A model generated the notes under the pieces. That model did not search any database and was not told the DNA's origin. It saw only the letters and a program-made list of their open reading frames with translations. A program made the translations under genes and the position numbers. Of a DNA stretch of 64,000 nucleotides, positions 51,911 through 61,528 are shown in pieces. Source of the DNA: Anaerohalosphaeraceae bacterium (GTDB lineage: Bacteria > Planctomycetota > Phycisphaerae > Sedimentisphaerales > Anaerohalosphaeraceae); NCBI GenBank assembly GCA_963675525.2, contig CAXXSL010000013.1, forward strand, positions 544,001 to 608,000. The letters run 5' to 3'. Position 1 is the first letter of the stretch. Each line of letters begins with the position of its first letter.

Positions 51911-53377
51911 CTACTGGTTACTGTTCAAAGCGTCGCCCAGCGGGTCGGGGAAGGTGACCTCTACCTGACGGTCGGCCGGGGAGGTCGGGTAAACGCCGGA
52001 GGTGTCCAACATCTCCAGTACCAATGAAACGATCTGTTCGATGCCCCTGCCGTAGGTCAACTGTTTGCGGTAGGTCTTGCTCAGCATTCCCATGAACGTC
52101 ATTTTGAGCGCTACGGCACTGGACAGATTGCCCAGCTTGCTTTTGAGTACTCCCGCCACCACGGGCGTGACGCCGCTGACCTTATCCAACGCCTCGCGCA
52201 CCTCGGCAATGTGAAGGTTCTCGCTGGGGCTGTCGCCGTCGCCGCCAAATGCCTCGATGGTCGCATCCGGATTATCCGTACACCACATCCGTCCCGGGGA
52301 AACGGGTTTGTCGCCGATGGCCTCGATACCCTTGGCCAGGTACATCTTGAACGACTGGAGGGTGATCCGGCTGGCCCGGTCGCTTAATCGCGTATTCAAC
52401 TCATCCTGCAAACTCATCAATTGCTCAACATCACTCAGCCCTTCATAAAAATACGGCTGGGAGAGATTTTGAATATGTACCACCGGCACACGGCCCAGCG
52501 GATTGAGGCCCTCTTCGACCAGTACGCCCTCCTCGTAGCGCTGCCATGCATCGGCGGCGAGAATCTCAGTAACGGCGACGGTCTTTCGCTGCCGGCCGCT
52601 TTGGGCGCCGCCCAGCAACCGGGTCAAAAAGCGGCTCTCGTCGGCCACCTCATTGGTGACCTGATAAAAGTGCTGCACGTAGGCGCGAATCGTTTTGTAG
52701 TCATGGTCATCCAGGACGGGCAGTGCCCGGGGCGCTTCGATGAGTTCGAGGGTGATGCCTGCTGCCGCACGTAACACAGAATCAAACGAGGTGATTGTTG
52801 AGGTGACAGGTGACATGCTTAAAGAGGTGCCTTGAGAAAAACGCTGCGACAGTTGCGGGACCGTGCGAACGATACAATCGACAAATCCGTAGACGCTGCC
52901 GAGCACCGCCATGTCCTGAAAGAAGACCGCCCCGCCATTGCGATCGAACACCGCCTTTAAAACAGACTCAATGTCTCGGCGACGATCCGCATCGGCGGCT
53001 TTACTGGCGATCCTAACCGGTTGACCAAACAAAAAATCGACCATGGCGTTAATGCGCCAGGCGATATCATTCTCGATGACGACTTCCTTGCGCTGGATGT
53101 CGCTGACGTTCTTGCCGAAGGCAGCGCTGTCGTCGGCGGAATAGACCTTGCCTGTGATCCGCGCGGGCAGGCCCGTCTCCTGAGCCTGAACGTAATTGCG
53201 GCGGGTTTCCTCGAGCGAACCTTGTCCGGCCGGAATCGTCTCCAACATGGGGTTTTGATAGTACTCCCACAGTCGCTCAAAATGCCGGCTGCTGAGCGGC
53301 CATTGATTTTCGATCAGCCACTCAACAAATGACTCCTGCAAAGACGGGTCCTTGAAAATTCCAAAATCCAATGCCAT
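51911..53377 (-). CDS. Phage portal protein (SPP1 gp6-like)
   Basis: LWEYY.N, V.EN......IN..VDFLFGQPV, NPLGRVPVVHIQN, GLSDVE.L..LQDELN..LSD, GNLSSAVALK, VEVTFPDPL; AAGGAG RBS. Confidence 0.88.
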   Translation of the reverse strand: MALDFGIFKDPSLQESFVEWLIENQWPLSSRHFERLWEYYQNPMLETIPAGQGSLEETRRNYVQAQETGLPARITGKVYSADDSAAFGKNVSDIQRKEVVIENDIAWRINAMVDFLFGQPVRIASKAADADRRRDIESVLKAVFDRNGGAVFFQDMAVLGSVYGFVDCIVRTVPQLSQRFSQGTSLSMSPVTSTITSFDSVLRAAAGITLELIEAPRALPVLDDHDYKTIRAYVQHFYQVTNEVADESRFLTRLLGGAQSGRQRKTVAVTEILAADAWQRYEEGVLVEEGLNPLGRVPVVHIQNLSQPYFYEGLSDVEQLMSLQDELNTRLSDRASRITLQSFKMYLAKGIEAIGDKPVSPGRMWCTDNPDATIEAFGGDGDSPSENLHIAEVREALDKVSGVTPVVAGVLKSKLGNLSSAVALKMTFMGMLSKTYRKQLTYGRGIEQIVSLVLEMLDTSGVYPTSPADRQVEVTFPDPLGDALNSNQ

Positions 53378-53402
53378 GGTTTTTGCTCCTTCCTTTTGAA
53401 AT

Positions 53403-53505
53403 TTGATATTGTAAATTGGATATTGTAAATTGGATATTGTAAATTGAGGACACAAGCCCCATTGACCACTCCAATGCAATTTACAATTAATCATTTTACA
53501 ATTAT
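53403..53505. repeat. Tandem 14-mer (GATATTGTAAATTG)x3 with inverted CAATTTACAAT arm
   Basis: Seen directly upstream of the portal start. Confidence 0.7.
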
Positions 53506-53730
53506 TAAGCCCCCCGTATTACGCGCCATCGTGCGTCTAAGCGTCGAAATCAGGTGTATAATAATTTTTTATCCAGATTTAAGTCCTTGCCTGATAAGGC
53601 GTAAAAATTTTTTATTTTTTTGGCCCGTAGCAAGATAGTGAATGCAGAAATGGTGTCATATGGACAAAATAAATCTCCAATGTTCCGCTGCTTCGTTCGC
53701 CCATCGTCCACCCAAAATCGTCAATTCCTC

Positions 53731-53758
53731 TTGACATTTCCCCACAATGTCCTATAAT
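53731..53758 (+). promoter_or_regulatory. Consensus sigma70 promoter
   Basis: TTGACA-N16-TATAAT with no substantial ORF downstream. Confidence 0.65.
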
Positions 53759-53764
53759 AATATC

Positions 53765-53990
53765 CACATCTCGCAGGTCACCCTACCGAGGAGGCTTCGC
53801 GACAGGAGTCAGAGGACACAGACTTGTCATGGGAGTTAAGCCACGTTGAAAACTTGTGGGCTTGGGGGGTGGATTGATATTTCGCAGACGAAGAAACAGT
53901 TAGCTTATACATGGTAACTGTAAAGGAGAGGGTGATTGACCAACATCACCTTGTATACGAAGGCCGCGGGTAACCCCCGCGGCTTTTTTT
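53765..53990 (+). ncRNA. Candidate structured small RNA
   Basis: Bounded by the promoter and a terminator; several hairpins; 5' GGTCACCCT can pair with 3' AGGGTGATT. Confidence 0.45.
53961..53990 (+). terminator. Intrinsic terminator
   Basis: GCCGCGGG-TAACC-CCCGCGGC-T8. Confidence 0.8.
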
Positions 53991-54052
53991 ATGCACCGGA
54001 GCCGGTCGTTTTAAACTGCCGGCTGGAAGCCGGCGTTACGATGGCTTTGTGG

Positions 54053-55324
54053 TTAATCGAACACCGCGATTGCATACCCCATGCTCAGGCCCGTTAATAT
54101 CCAGACCAGGTCGAACAAACCCAGCGTATTTAAAACAGCCATTTTATATGTGAGTTTGCTATCCTGAAGCATTTTGAGGGTTTTGGCCTGCTGGGCCATT
54201 TTGGACACCGCCGGATAATACTTTCTCATCATCTGAAGATGCGTCTCGGCATCCAGCCACTCAAACATTCTGGCAGAAGCCAGGTCCAGCATTTCTTCAT
54301 CTTCGCCCGTCAAATCGGGAATCGGCGGCATTTCAACGCCTCCGCCTGTCGCCGCATCGAAGAAATCAACCATGCTTAACTTATTGGAATGTTCCAAGAT
54401 ATGAACCGCCCACGAACGCGATTTCACCGGATCGGCCGAGCCCTCCTCCACCAACGAAACCAGGGCGGCACACGTCAGAAAATCCCCGTCACCGGCAATA
54501 CCCTTAATACTTTTCCCGGCAGGAAACAGATACTTCTCATCGGCCAAAGTTTCGGGTAAATTCACCAGACATTCCTCCGCAGCCGTTTTGTGAAAAAACG
54601 GAACGACCACATACTTGCCAATCGCCGCTTTGCCCCCTGCGATCCCCATCGCCCCCAGCAGCAGACACAACACGCCCAGCAAAAAATCCCGCTGGATCGT
54701 CATTGCTCGCACCCCAAGAGAAATCGCAACCGGCACGAACAATGCCGTAACACACAGTGCACTCTCGGTCGCCTGTGCAGAGAACACCCAGATCAATATT
54801 GTCAGGCCTCCGGCAACAATACCCACCAGCAGCCCCAGCGGCAAACGCAGAAAATTCGGGATCATCTCGGATAAGGTAAGCCGGTCGGATTTCTCTTTTT
54901 TCACCCGCCCGGTTTTGGTGTGTTTTTTTTCTGATCGAGCCTGTCGCAACTGTTCCTGACGTGCCTGTCTAATCGCCTCCTGACGCGGATCATCTTCAAT
55001 CTCATCTAAAACATCGGATTCAGGCTGCGGAGGCTGTTGCGGCTGACGTTTCACGACATCATGAGAACCCGTCGACGGATGTGCCGGCTTTTGCGATGCC
55101 GAAGAAACCTCTGAGGAAACCGCGGTCCCCGTCTTGGCCGATACCGTTGAAGGAACCGATTTCTTTGCCGCCGCGGCCTGCGGTATCTCGGTAATGGGAA
55201 CTTTCGCAACAGAGGCGGGGACGGTACTGGGCTGGCTGCATTTATTACAACGGACACGCCGACCGGCATATTCATCCGGAACACCCAGTTTCTGCTGACA
55301 ATGCTGACAACGAAACTTGATCAT
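54053..55324 (-). CDS. Zinc-ribbon membrane protein
   Basis: MIKFRCQHC.QKL.VPD..AGRRVRC.KC; Pro/Ser linker; several TM helices. Confidence 0.75.
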   Translation of the reverse strand: MIKFRCQHCQQKLGVPDEYAGRRVRCNKCSQPSTVPASVAKVPITEIPQAAAAKKSVPSTVSAKTGTAVSSEVSSASQKPAHPSTGSHDVVKRQPQQPPQPESDVLDEIEDDPRQEAIRQARQEQLRQARSEKKHTKTGRVKKEKSDRLTLSEMIPNFLRLPLGLLVGIVAGGLTILIWVFSAQATESALCVTALFVPVAISLGVRAMTIQRDFLLGVLCLLLGAMGIAGGKAAIGKYVVVPFFHKTAAEECLVNLPETLADEKYLFPAGKSIKGIAGDGDFLTCAALVSLVEEGSADPVKSRSWAVHILEHSNKLSMVDFFDAATGGGVEMPPIPDLTGEDEEMLDLASARMFEWLDAETHLQMMRKYYPAVSKMAQQAKTLKMLQDSKLTYKMAVLNTLGLFDLVWILTGLSMGYAIAVFD

Positions 55325-55435
55325 GGAAAACCTCCTTAAAGTCTCCTGATAAACCGTGTTTGGATTATACCATTTGGCAGATCGTTTGTCAAATCGTTGC
55401 TTTGTACGCCGTTAAATCCGCACAAGATCCTCTTT

Positions 55436-56404
55436 TCATGACTTTTTTTGTGCCCGCAGGATTGCCCGCACGGGGGCGGGATGGCCTTCAATGGTTTTGG
55501 TGTTGTCGGCGGGGTCGAGGAAGTCGGCCAATGATTCGTAGGTCATCCAGTCGGTTTTGCGCTGTTCGTTTGAGGTGGTTTTGGTGATGTCAATTACCTG
55601 AATATTTCCAAAGCCGCTTTCGGTGAGCCATTTCTCTAACAGCCTCGGCGACGGAATATTCCAGATATTGTGCATTTTGGCATATCGCCCTTTTGGCACA
55701 AGGAGTTGTTCACCGGACTTGTCCAGCACAATGGTTTCCAGCACCAGTTGCCCGCCGGGCTTGAGAAAGCCGAACAAATCCGCCAAATGCTTTTTTGGTT
55801 CACGGCGGTGATAGAGAAGTCCCATCGAAAAAACCGTATCAAAACAACTGCAGCAAGCTGGCACATCGTCAGCCCCTAAAGGCAATACCGCGGCCCGGTC
55901 TGTCTGTATATATTTATTAATTGCCTGAAACTGCATGACATATAAGAGGAATGGGTCAACGCCGACAACAGCCTTTGCCTCGGCACCAAGCATGCGATAG
56001 AGATAATACCCGTTGCCACATCCGACATCGAGTACAAGTTTATTGTTGAGGTCAATATGACTTGCAAGACGTGCCCATTTCAAATCCGACCGCCACTCGG
56101 TATCAATATGAACATCGAACAGGTTAAACGGCCCCTTGCGCCACGGATGCAGTTGCATGAGTTGATTCTTTAACTGCTGACGTGCGGATTCATCAATCTC
56201 CCCCGCCACTGTCACGGCATCTGCATTAAAGTCAATCGCAGAAGGCACCACCGGCGGCATCGCCTCAATCGCTGCGGCCCACTTCTCGAAATCCCCATGT
56301 GAAAGCGTTCGCAGCACACTCTCCGTCCGAGATTCAAACTCTTCGATGACATCTTTCAATGCTGTTGTTTTCAAATAGTTAAAAAAATCCGAATAATCAA
56401 TCAT
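55436..56404 (-). CDS. cmoB: tRNA U34 carboxymethyltransferase
   Basis: PWRKGPF, IDTEWRSDLKW, VLDVGCGNGY, FDTVFSMG.LYHRR, RYAKM.N, TIEGHPAP.RA. Confidence 0.95.
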   Translation of the reverse strand: MIDYSDFFNYLKTTALKDVIEEFESRTESVLRTLSHGDFEKWAAAIEAMPPVVPSAIDFNADAVTVAGEIDESARQQLKNQLMQLHPWRKGPFNLFDVHIDTEWRSDLKWARLASHIDLNNKLVLDVGCGNGYYLYRMLGAEAKAVVGVDPFLLYVMQFQAINKYIQTDRAAVLPLGADDVPACCSCFDTVFSMGLLYHRREPKKHLADLFGFLKPGGQLVLETIVLDKSGEQLLVPKGRYAKMHNIWNIPSPRLLEKWLTESGFGNIQVIDITKTTSNEQRKTDWMTYESLADFLDPADNTKTIEGHPAPVRAILRAQKKS

Positions 56405-56418
56405 GGTTCTTATAATTT

Positions 56419-56633
56419 CTTTCGCCCCGCTGGGGCTAAATTGTATTAAGAAGGAGTAATATTGTATCTCCTCTTACCGAGGGCTCACGCCCCCGGCTAA
56501 TTCACTCTCGGGCCTTCAGCCCTTTTTAATATTACGAACAATCGCCCCGAAGGGGCGTCAAGTCACTTAGCCGGAGGCGTAAGCCTCCGGTATTGGATTC
56601 CCAAAAACAGCCTAAGCCCCGAAGGGGCGAAAG
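56419..56633. repeat. REP/REPIN-like palindrome cluster, left of the transposase
   Basis: CTTTCGCCCCGCTGGGGCT ... TTAGCCGGAGGCGTAAGCCTCCGG ... AGCCCCGAAGGGGCGAAAG. Confidence 0.85.
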
Positions 56634-56638
56634 TATCA

Positions 56639-57073
56639 TCACAAATACTTCTCATCATACTCAATATTATGCTTTTTCAAAAAAGATTGCAACTCTTCCT
56701 TAAAGGTTAACTTTTTATGATGCTCTTTTTGGCCTCTGATATACTCAATGACTTTGCCAATAATCGATTGCGAAACCGAAAAGGCTGAATACCCTTCCTG
56801 CCATGAAAATTCTCGCGAAAACGTATCATGTACCCATTTGGAAGAATTCGTCTTTATCGTCCGGACAAATTCAGTTAACGAAAGCTCCGGATGCAGCCGC
56901 ACAGCAATATGGATATGGTCTGTTGATCCACCTGCCAATAGTAATGTTGCTGTCATATGATGAGTAATCCCGCCAATATACTCAAAAAGCCGAGTCATTT
57001 GTGAGTCATCTAAAAACGGCTTGTGATGTTTGGTTGAAAAAACAACATGATAATTCAGATTTGTGTACGACAT
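56639..57073 (-). mobile_element. tnpA: IS200/IS605-family HUH tyrosine transposase (RAYT-like)
   Basis: YHVVFSTK, DHIH (HUH), IKTNSSKW, WQEGY.AFSVS, YI.GQKEHH; flanked by REP clusters. Confidence 0.9.
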
Positions 57074-57089
57074 CCTGCAAGCTCCTTTA

Positions 57090-57328
57090 CTTTCGCCCCG
57101 TTGGGGCTGGTTGGTTTTATTGACTCCCTTCCCGGAGGCTAACGCCTCCGGCTAAATCACCATCGGGCCTTCGGCCCTATATTGATTCCACCGAGATTAC
57201 ATCCTGAGTATCCGCAACTTCTAACATTATTTCCGATTGCCCCGAAAGGGGCATTAAGTCACTTAGCCGCAGGCGTCAGCCTCCGGTATTAAAATCACAA
57301 AAATCCTTAAGCCCTGAAAGGGCGAAAG
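57090..57328. repeat. REP/REPIN-like palindrome cluster, right of the transposase
   Basis: Diverged direct copy of 56419..56633 (CTTTCGCCCCGTTGGGGCT ... AGCCCTGAAAGGGCGAAAG). Confidence 0.85.
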
Positions 57329-57350
57329 TATCGAAACAGTCCAAAAATTA

Positions 57351-58082
57351 TCACTCCTTAAACGCCGTAAGGGACATGAAGTTAAAGCACTGAAACCAGA
57401 GATACGTTTTTGCGAAGCCTGCTTTTTTTAAACGTTGGCGGTGAGTATCCAATGTTTCAGGCTGCAAAACTTTTTCCAGCGACTTACGTTTTTGAGCGAC
57501 TTCCATATCGCTGTAACCCATGAGTTTCTTAAACTCGTGGTGCATGTCTGTTTCAAAGGCTTCCTTATCCTTATCGTCAAAGGCCGTCTTTTCCGACAGC
57601 AGCAAAATCCCGCCGGGGCGAAGCCCATCATAAATTTTTTGTATCATCGCATCACGCTTATCCGGCGACAAAAATTGCAATGTGAAATTCATTACCACTA
57701 CCGAGGCTTTTTCGATCGGCACATCCTGAATATCGGCCTGCATTACCTCTACCGGCACGGTATTATCATCCGTCGCAATAATTTCGCGGCACCGCCCTAC
57801 CATCGCCGCCGAATTATCCACTGCAATAATTTTACAGCCCGGCTGCGTAATCCCTTTGCGCATCGCCAGTGTGCCGGCGCCCAGCGAACAGCCCAGGTCA
57901 TAACAGACGCTGTCCGCCTGCGTATAGTGTTCGGCAAAAACCTTCGTCATCGCAATTACCGTCGCATACCCCGGCACCGACCGGTGTATCATATCGTCAA
58001 ACACCGCCGCGACCTTCTCGTCAAATACAAAATCCGCCACACGCTCACGGTACTGCGAATATAAGTCGTCTTTCTTTTCCAT
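57351..58082 (-). CDS. cmoA: Carboxy-S-adenosyl-L-methionine synthase
   Basis: F.FDEKVA.VFDDMI.RSVPGY, YDLGCSLGA, NFTLQF, KRKSLE, WFQCFNF. Confidence 0.95.
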   Translation of the reverse strand: MEKKDDLYSQYRERVADFVFDEKVAAVFDDMIHRSVPGYATVIAMTKVFAEHYTQADSVCYDLGCSLGAGTLAMRKGITQPGCKIIAVDNSAAMVGRCREIIATDDNTVPVEVMQADIQDVPIEKASVVVMNFTLQFLSPDKRDAMIQKIYDGLRPGGILLLSEKTAFDDKDKEAFETDMHHEFKKLMGYSDMEVAQKRKSLEKVLQPETLDTHRQRLKKAGFAKTYLWFQCFNFMSLTAFKE

Positions 58083-58166
58083 AAGGCCTATTATAGGAGA
58101 ATTCAGGCTTATTGCAACAGCGCATTTGTTCAGGAAACCTCTGCCAAAAAGACAAGAAATGAAGCC

Positions 58167-59642
58167 CTATTCGTGTTTATTTGATATCCGCAGATGAACA
58201 ACAAAGACATCGTCGTGAATATCAATGTCCATGCCTATGTCCAGCACCGCGGCAATTTTTCGGGCAACCGGCAAGCCGATACCGCAATGTTTCCCTGCAT
58301 CGGTTCGCGAACTGCTCTTTCGCCAGAAAAATTCGAAGACATGCTCTACATCCTCCATTGTCAGCGCACAGCCCGTATTCGAAATAGAAACAATCGTCAC
58401 ATCGTCAGCTCGCTCAAGATGCGTCTGAATGCGTCCGCCCTCATCGGCGTATTCAACGGCATTATCAAGTATATTCGAAAGAATCATTATCAGGCGGTCC
58501 TTGTCTGAGCGGCAAAGGGATTCTTGCTGAATAGAATTTTCAAACACAATCCCTTTGTCGTACGCCTTGTCCGCAAAATAACGCCAGGTTTCATCAATTA
58601 AATCTTTAACGTGAACGGACTCCTTTTTAACCGACATTTGGCCGGACTCCAGCTTCGACAGCGATAAGAGCGTATCGATCATTTTGTTCATCGTCTTGGC
58701 AATGTGCAGACAGCTCTCGATAGCATCCTTGTATTCGGTGGATTCGCGCTCACGGGTCAGGCACACTTCAATCGTTGACAGCATCCCGGCCAAGGGGGTG
58801 CGAAGTTCATGCGCCACGTTTGCATTGAATTGCCGTTCTCTCTGAAAAGATGCCTCAAGCCGTTGAAATGCCTCATTCAAACAGGTACAGATCGGGGAAA
58901 GTTCCGGCGGATACGCTTCGGATGGAAATAGCCGGCCAAGGTTGTCTTCGCGGACGGAAGTAATTCTCCCGGCCAACGAATGAATGGGACGAAGTCCTGC
59001 CTTCGTAACGAGAAAAGCAATCCCGGTCGATAAGAAAACAACACCCGCCGAAGACCCGAGAAGTAACCACTTAAGAAAAGCTAAATGGTCGTCTACCGGG
59101 GCCGTATTTTGGGCGAGTACTAAGATTACCAAGCGGTCTTCAGGCTGGTCTCCCTGAGATTCTTCCGTCCTTGGCAGAAACGGATAGGAAATTGCCCGCC
59201 CGCGCATTCCGTCGGGCAAAACGGCTTCTCGATATTGGGGAACATCCGAAGCGTGCCCAAAAGAGCTTAGATTTTGCAAACCCAAAGAGGGTGAGCGAAC
59301 CAGCGTTTTGCCCGCCCGATTCCAAATCTGGTAATAGGCCCCGCCGTTTAAATTACTAAATTCCGGGGTCATGCGAACATCAAATTCAAAATCGATACCT
59401 CTTTCCTGGTTTTCAGAGCCGACCTGCGATTCGTCTTCATGCTCGCCCTCTGATTCGTTCTCGATCCCCTCTTCCTCGATGACTGCTGAAAGCATTTGCG
59501 CAGTGGCAAGCAGGGACTTGTCAAAATGCTGAATCATCGTCTGGTGTGTAATGGTATAAACGACGACACTGAAAACGGCCAACAGCACTGCCATTGCAAT
59601 GATGATCCCGCCAAGCAGACGTGTGCGAAGAGACAACATCAT
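58167..59642 (-). CDS. Sensor histidine kinase (HAMP; CusS/QseC-like)
   Basis: Two TM segments; ERQFNANVAHELRTPL; DNAVEY; CGIGL. Confidence 0.9.
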   Translation of the reverse strand: MMLSLRTRLLGGIIIAMAVLLAVFSVVVYTITHQTMIQHFDKSLLATAQMLSAVIEEEGIENESEGEHEDESQVGSENQERGIDFEFDVRMTPEFSNLNGGAYYQIWNRAGKTLVRSPSLGLQNLSSFGHASDVPQYREAVLPDGMRGRAISYPFLPRTEESQGDQPEDRLVILVLAQNTAPVDDHLAFLKWLLLGSSAGVVFLSTGIAFLVTKAGLRPIHSLAGRITSVREDNLGRLFPSEAYPPELSPICTCLNEAFQRLEASFQRERQFNANVAHELRTPLAGMLSTIEVCLTRERESTEYKDAIESCLHIAKTMNKMIDTLLSLSKLESGQMSVKKESVHVKDLIDETWRYFADKAYDKGIVFENSIQQESLCRSDKDRLIMILSNILDNAVEYADEGGRIQTHLERADDVTIVSISNTGCALTMEDVEHVFEFFWRKSSSRTDAGKHCGIGLPVARKIAAVLDIGMDIDIHDDVFVVHLRISNKHE

Positions 59643-60313
59643 AACGACTCTCCCAACAGATATCCTCTTCCTCGCACGGTTTGAATGATATCCGGCTTGT
59701 CGGACTGTTCTAACTTCTTTCTCAAATACCCAACATAGACATCCACAACATTGCTGCTCGCCGCCGAGTTGAATTCGTACACATGCTCCCAGATATCGGT
59801 GCGTGAAACCACTTCTCCGGCTCGCATAACCAGATATTCCAGGAGTGCATATTCACGAGGCGTCAAAGCGATTTCTTCTTCCGCTCGGAACACTTTCTGT
59901 GAGTTAAGATCAACACGCAAATCCTCGACTCGAACCTGTGGGTGTTTCTTGCAATAACTGCGGCGCACCAATGCGCGAATCCGGGCAAGCAATTCTTCAA
60001 AAGCAAACGGTTTAATCAAATAATCATCCGCCCCCAGATTTAATCCCTTGATCTTATCGGCCAGCGTATCTTTGGCTGTCAGAATCAAGACGTGGCTTTG
60101 CCGTTCTTTTGCCCTGAGTTTTTCAAGGATTTCCAAACCATCCATCTCGGGCAGCATCAGATCAAGAATAATCACATCATAGTCGTTATTCATCGCAAAC
60201 CAAAGACCTTCTTTTCCGTCGCCCGTAACATCCACGGCAAAATCAGCTTCGCGAAGGCCCTGAGCCAGCGATTTCTGTAACGGCTGATAATCCTCAACTA
60301 ATAACAAACGCAT
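59639..60313 (-). CDS. OmpR-family response regulator
   Basis: LLVED, ILDLMLP, GADDYLIKPF, LTPREY, NVVDVYV.YLRKK, TVRGRGY. Confidence 0.93.
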   Translation of the reverse strand: MRLLLVEDYQPLQKSLAQGLREADFAVDVTGDGKEGLWFAMNNDYDVIILDLMLPEMDGLEILEKLRAKERQSHVLILTAKDTLADKIKGLNLGADDYLIKPFAFEELLARIRALVRRSYCKKHPQVRVEDLRVDLNSQKVFRAEEEIALTPREYALLEYLVMRAGEVVSRTDIWEHVYEFNSAASSNVVDVYVGYLRKKLEQSDKPDIIQTVRGRGYLLGESL

Positions 60314-60429
60314 AACTCGATCCCTGGCTTCATTGAAAAACGCCGCCGAACGGCGAAATCGGCCCGTTCGGCGGTGTTCATTATCTCATCAATTCGCTGA
60401 TGTGTCACGATATTTCTCGACTGTCGAGT

Positions 60430-60981
60430 TTAATCATCGTCGTCGTCATCCTCGTCGTCATCGTCATCACCGTCGTCATCACCGTCGTCATCATCGAATT
60501 CCTGCTTCAAAAGAGTGCCGTCTTCGGAAAATTCCATCTCGCTCTCTTTGCCGTTCTGTTTCAACTCCACTTCATAGGTGATCTCGGGATTCTCAAGTTT
60601 AGTCAGAGTAACAACCCAGTACGTAACTTCCTTGGTGACCTCTTCGACATCGCTTCCGGCGATCGCATCCTGAATGGCTTGCGGCAGATCTTGAACAGCA
60701 ATCTCCTGTTCTTCCTCAACCAATGTTCCGTCCGGCGCAATGCTTACCTCGTACTCGCGGCCATTCTGATTGACTTCGATTTCATAAATCTTCAGCCCTT
60801 CTTCTTCCATTTTGGCTTCCTCAATCTCTCCTTGCGGATACATCGATTGTACCGCCGCAGCAACCGCTTCAGGGAGTTTTGCCTTTTTCGCTTTGTGCTC
60901 CTTTTCCGCGTAGACACTTAAGCAAACCAAAGCCCCCATCACCATAATGAGTCCAACCAGTCTAAGTTCTTTTCTCTTCAT
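60430..60981 (-). CDS. Secreted PepSY-like repeat protein with poly-Asp tail
   Basis: LP.AV...YEIEV....REYEV....DGTL occurs twice. Confidence 0.8.
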   Translation of the reverse strand: MKRKELRLVGLIMVMGALVCLSVYAEKEHKAKKAKLPEAVAAAVQSMYPQGEIEEAKMEEEGLKIYEIEVNQNGREYEVSIAPDGTLVEEEQEIAVQDLPQAIQDAIAGSDVEEVTKEVTYWVVTLTKLENPEITYEVELKQNGKESEMEFSEDGTLLKQEFDDDDGDDDGDDDDDEDDDDDD

Positions 60982-61104
60982 TTCGATACTCCTTTAAACA
61001 ATAGTCTTTTTGCGTTGCAATCTTATCCAATTCTCGACTGCTTTCAAAAAGCAATATACATATGCAAAGATGAGAATTTGGTGAAAATGAAAAAAAGACG
61101 AAAA

Positions 61105-61326
61105 TTATTTTTTCGCCTTTTTCCCAAAATAATTGGCCTTGACCCAGTTCCAGTTCAACACCAGATGCACCGCCGCGACAACAAGCAGCACAAAGGCAGC
61201 TCGTGCGTGCCCCCACTCAAAAACCTCATGTGGCAGCTTTGCGGCCAGCATTCCCGTCGCGGCCTGATTGGCAAGTAACACCAGTAAAACCACATTGACG
61301 ACTTTTAAAGCCTTGTTTTTTGACAT
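61105..61326 (-). CDS. Small DUF4405-like membrane protein
   Basis: Two TM helices with His (WGH...VHLVLNWNWV); AAGGAG RBS. Confidence 0.72.
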   Translation of the reverse strand: MSKNKALKVVNVVLLVLLANQAATGMLAAKLPHEVFEWGHARAAFVLLVVAAVHLVLNWNWVKANYFGKKAKK

Positions 61327-61528
61327 CAAAAATCTCCTTTCGGTCCAAAAACATTCGTATTTATGGTCATTGTACCGGCGGTTTGGCGCCCCGTCGAGGG
61401 CATTTTCGTCCTCTAATACGGATTTGACGTTACCAAAACCCTTGCATTTTTGATTCGGTTCTGTACAATGGCATTTTTTCACAGATAACCAAACAGGCAA
61501 AAAACAGAAAATACGAAAGGGACCATGC

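Noticed and set aside
5670..53377. An intact 48-kb prophage
   Set aside because: No integrase, att sites, repressor, replication or tail-assembly genes, and the intervening genes are ordinary cellular functions in mixed orientation.
53403..53446. CRISPR array
   Set aside because: Tandem 14-mers without spacers; no cas genes. The REP clusters elsewhere also lack repeat-spacer periodicity.
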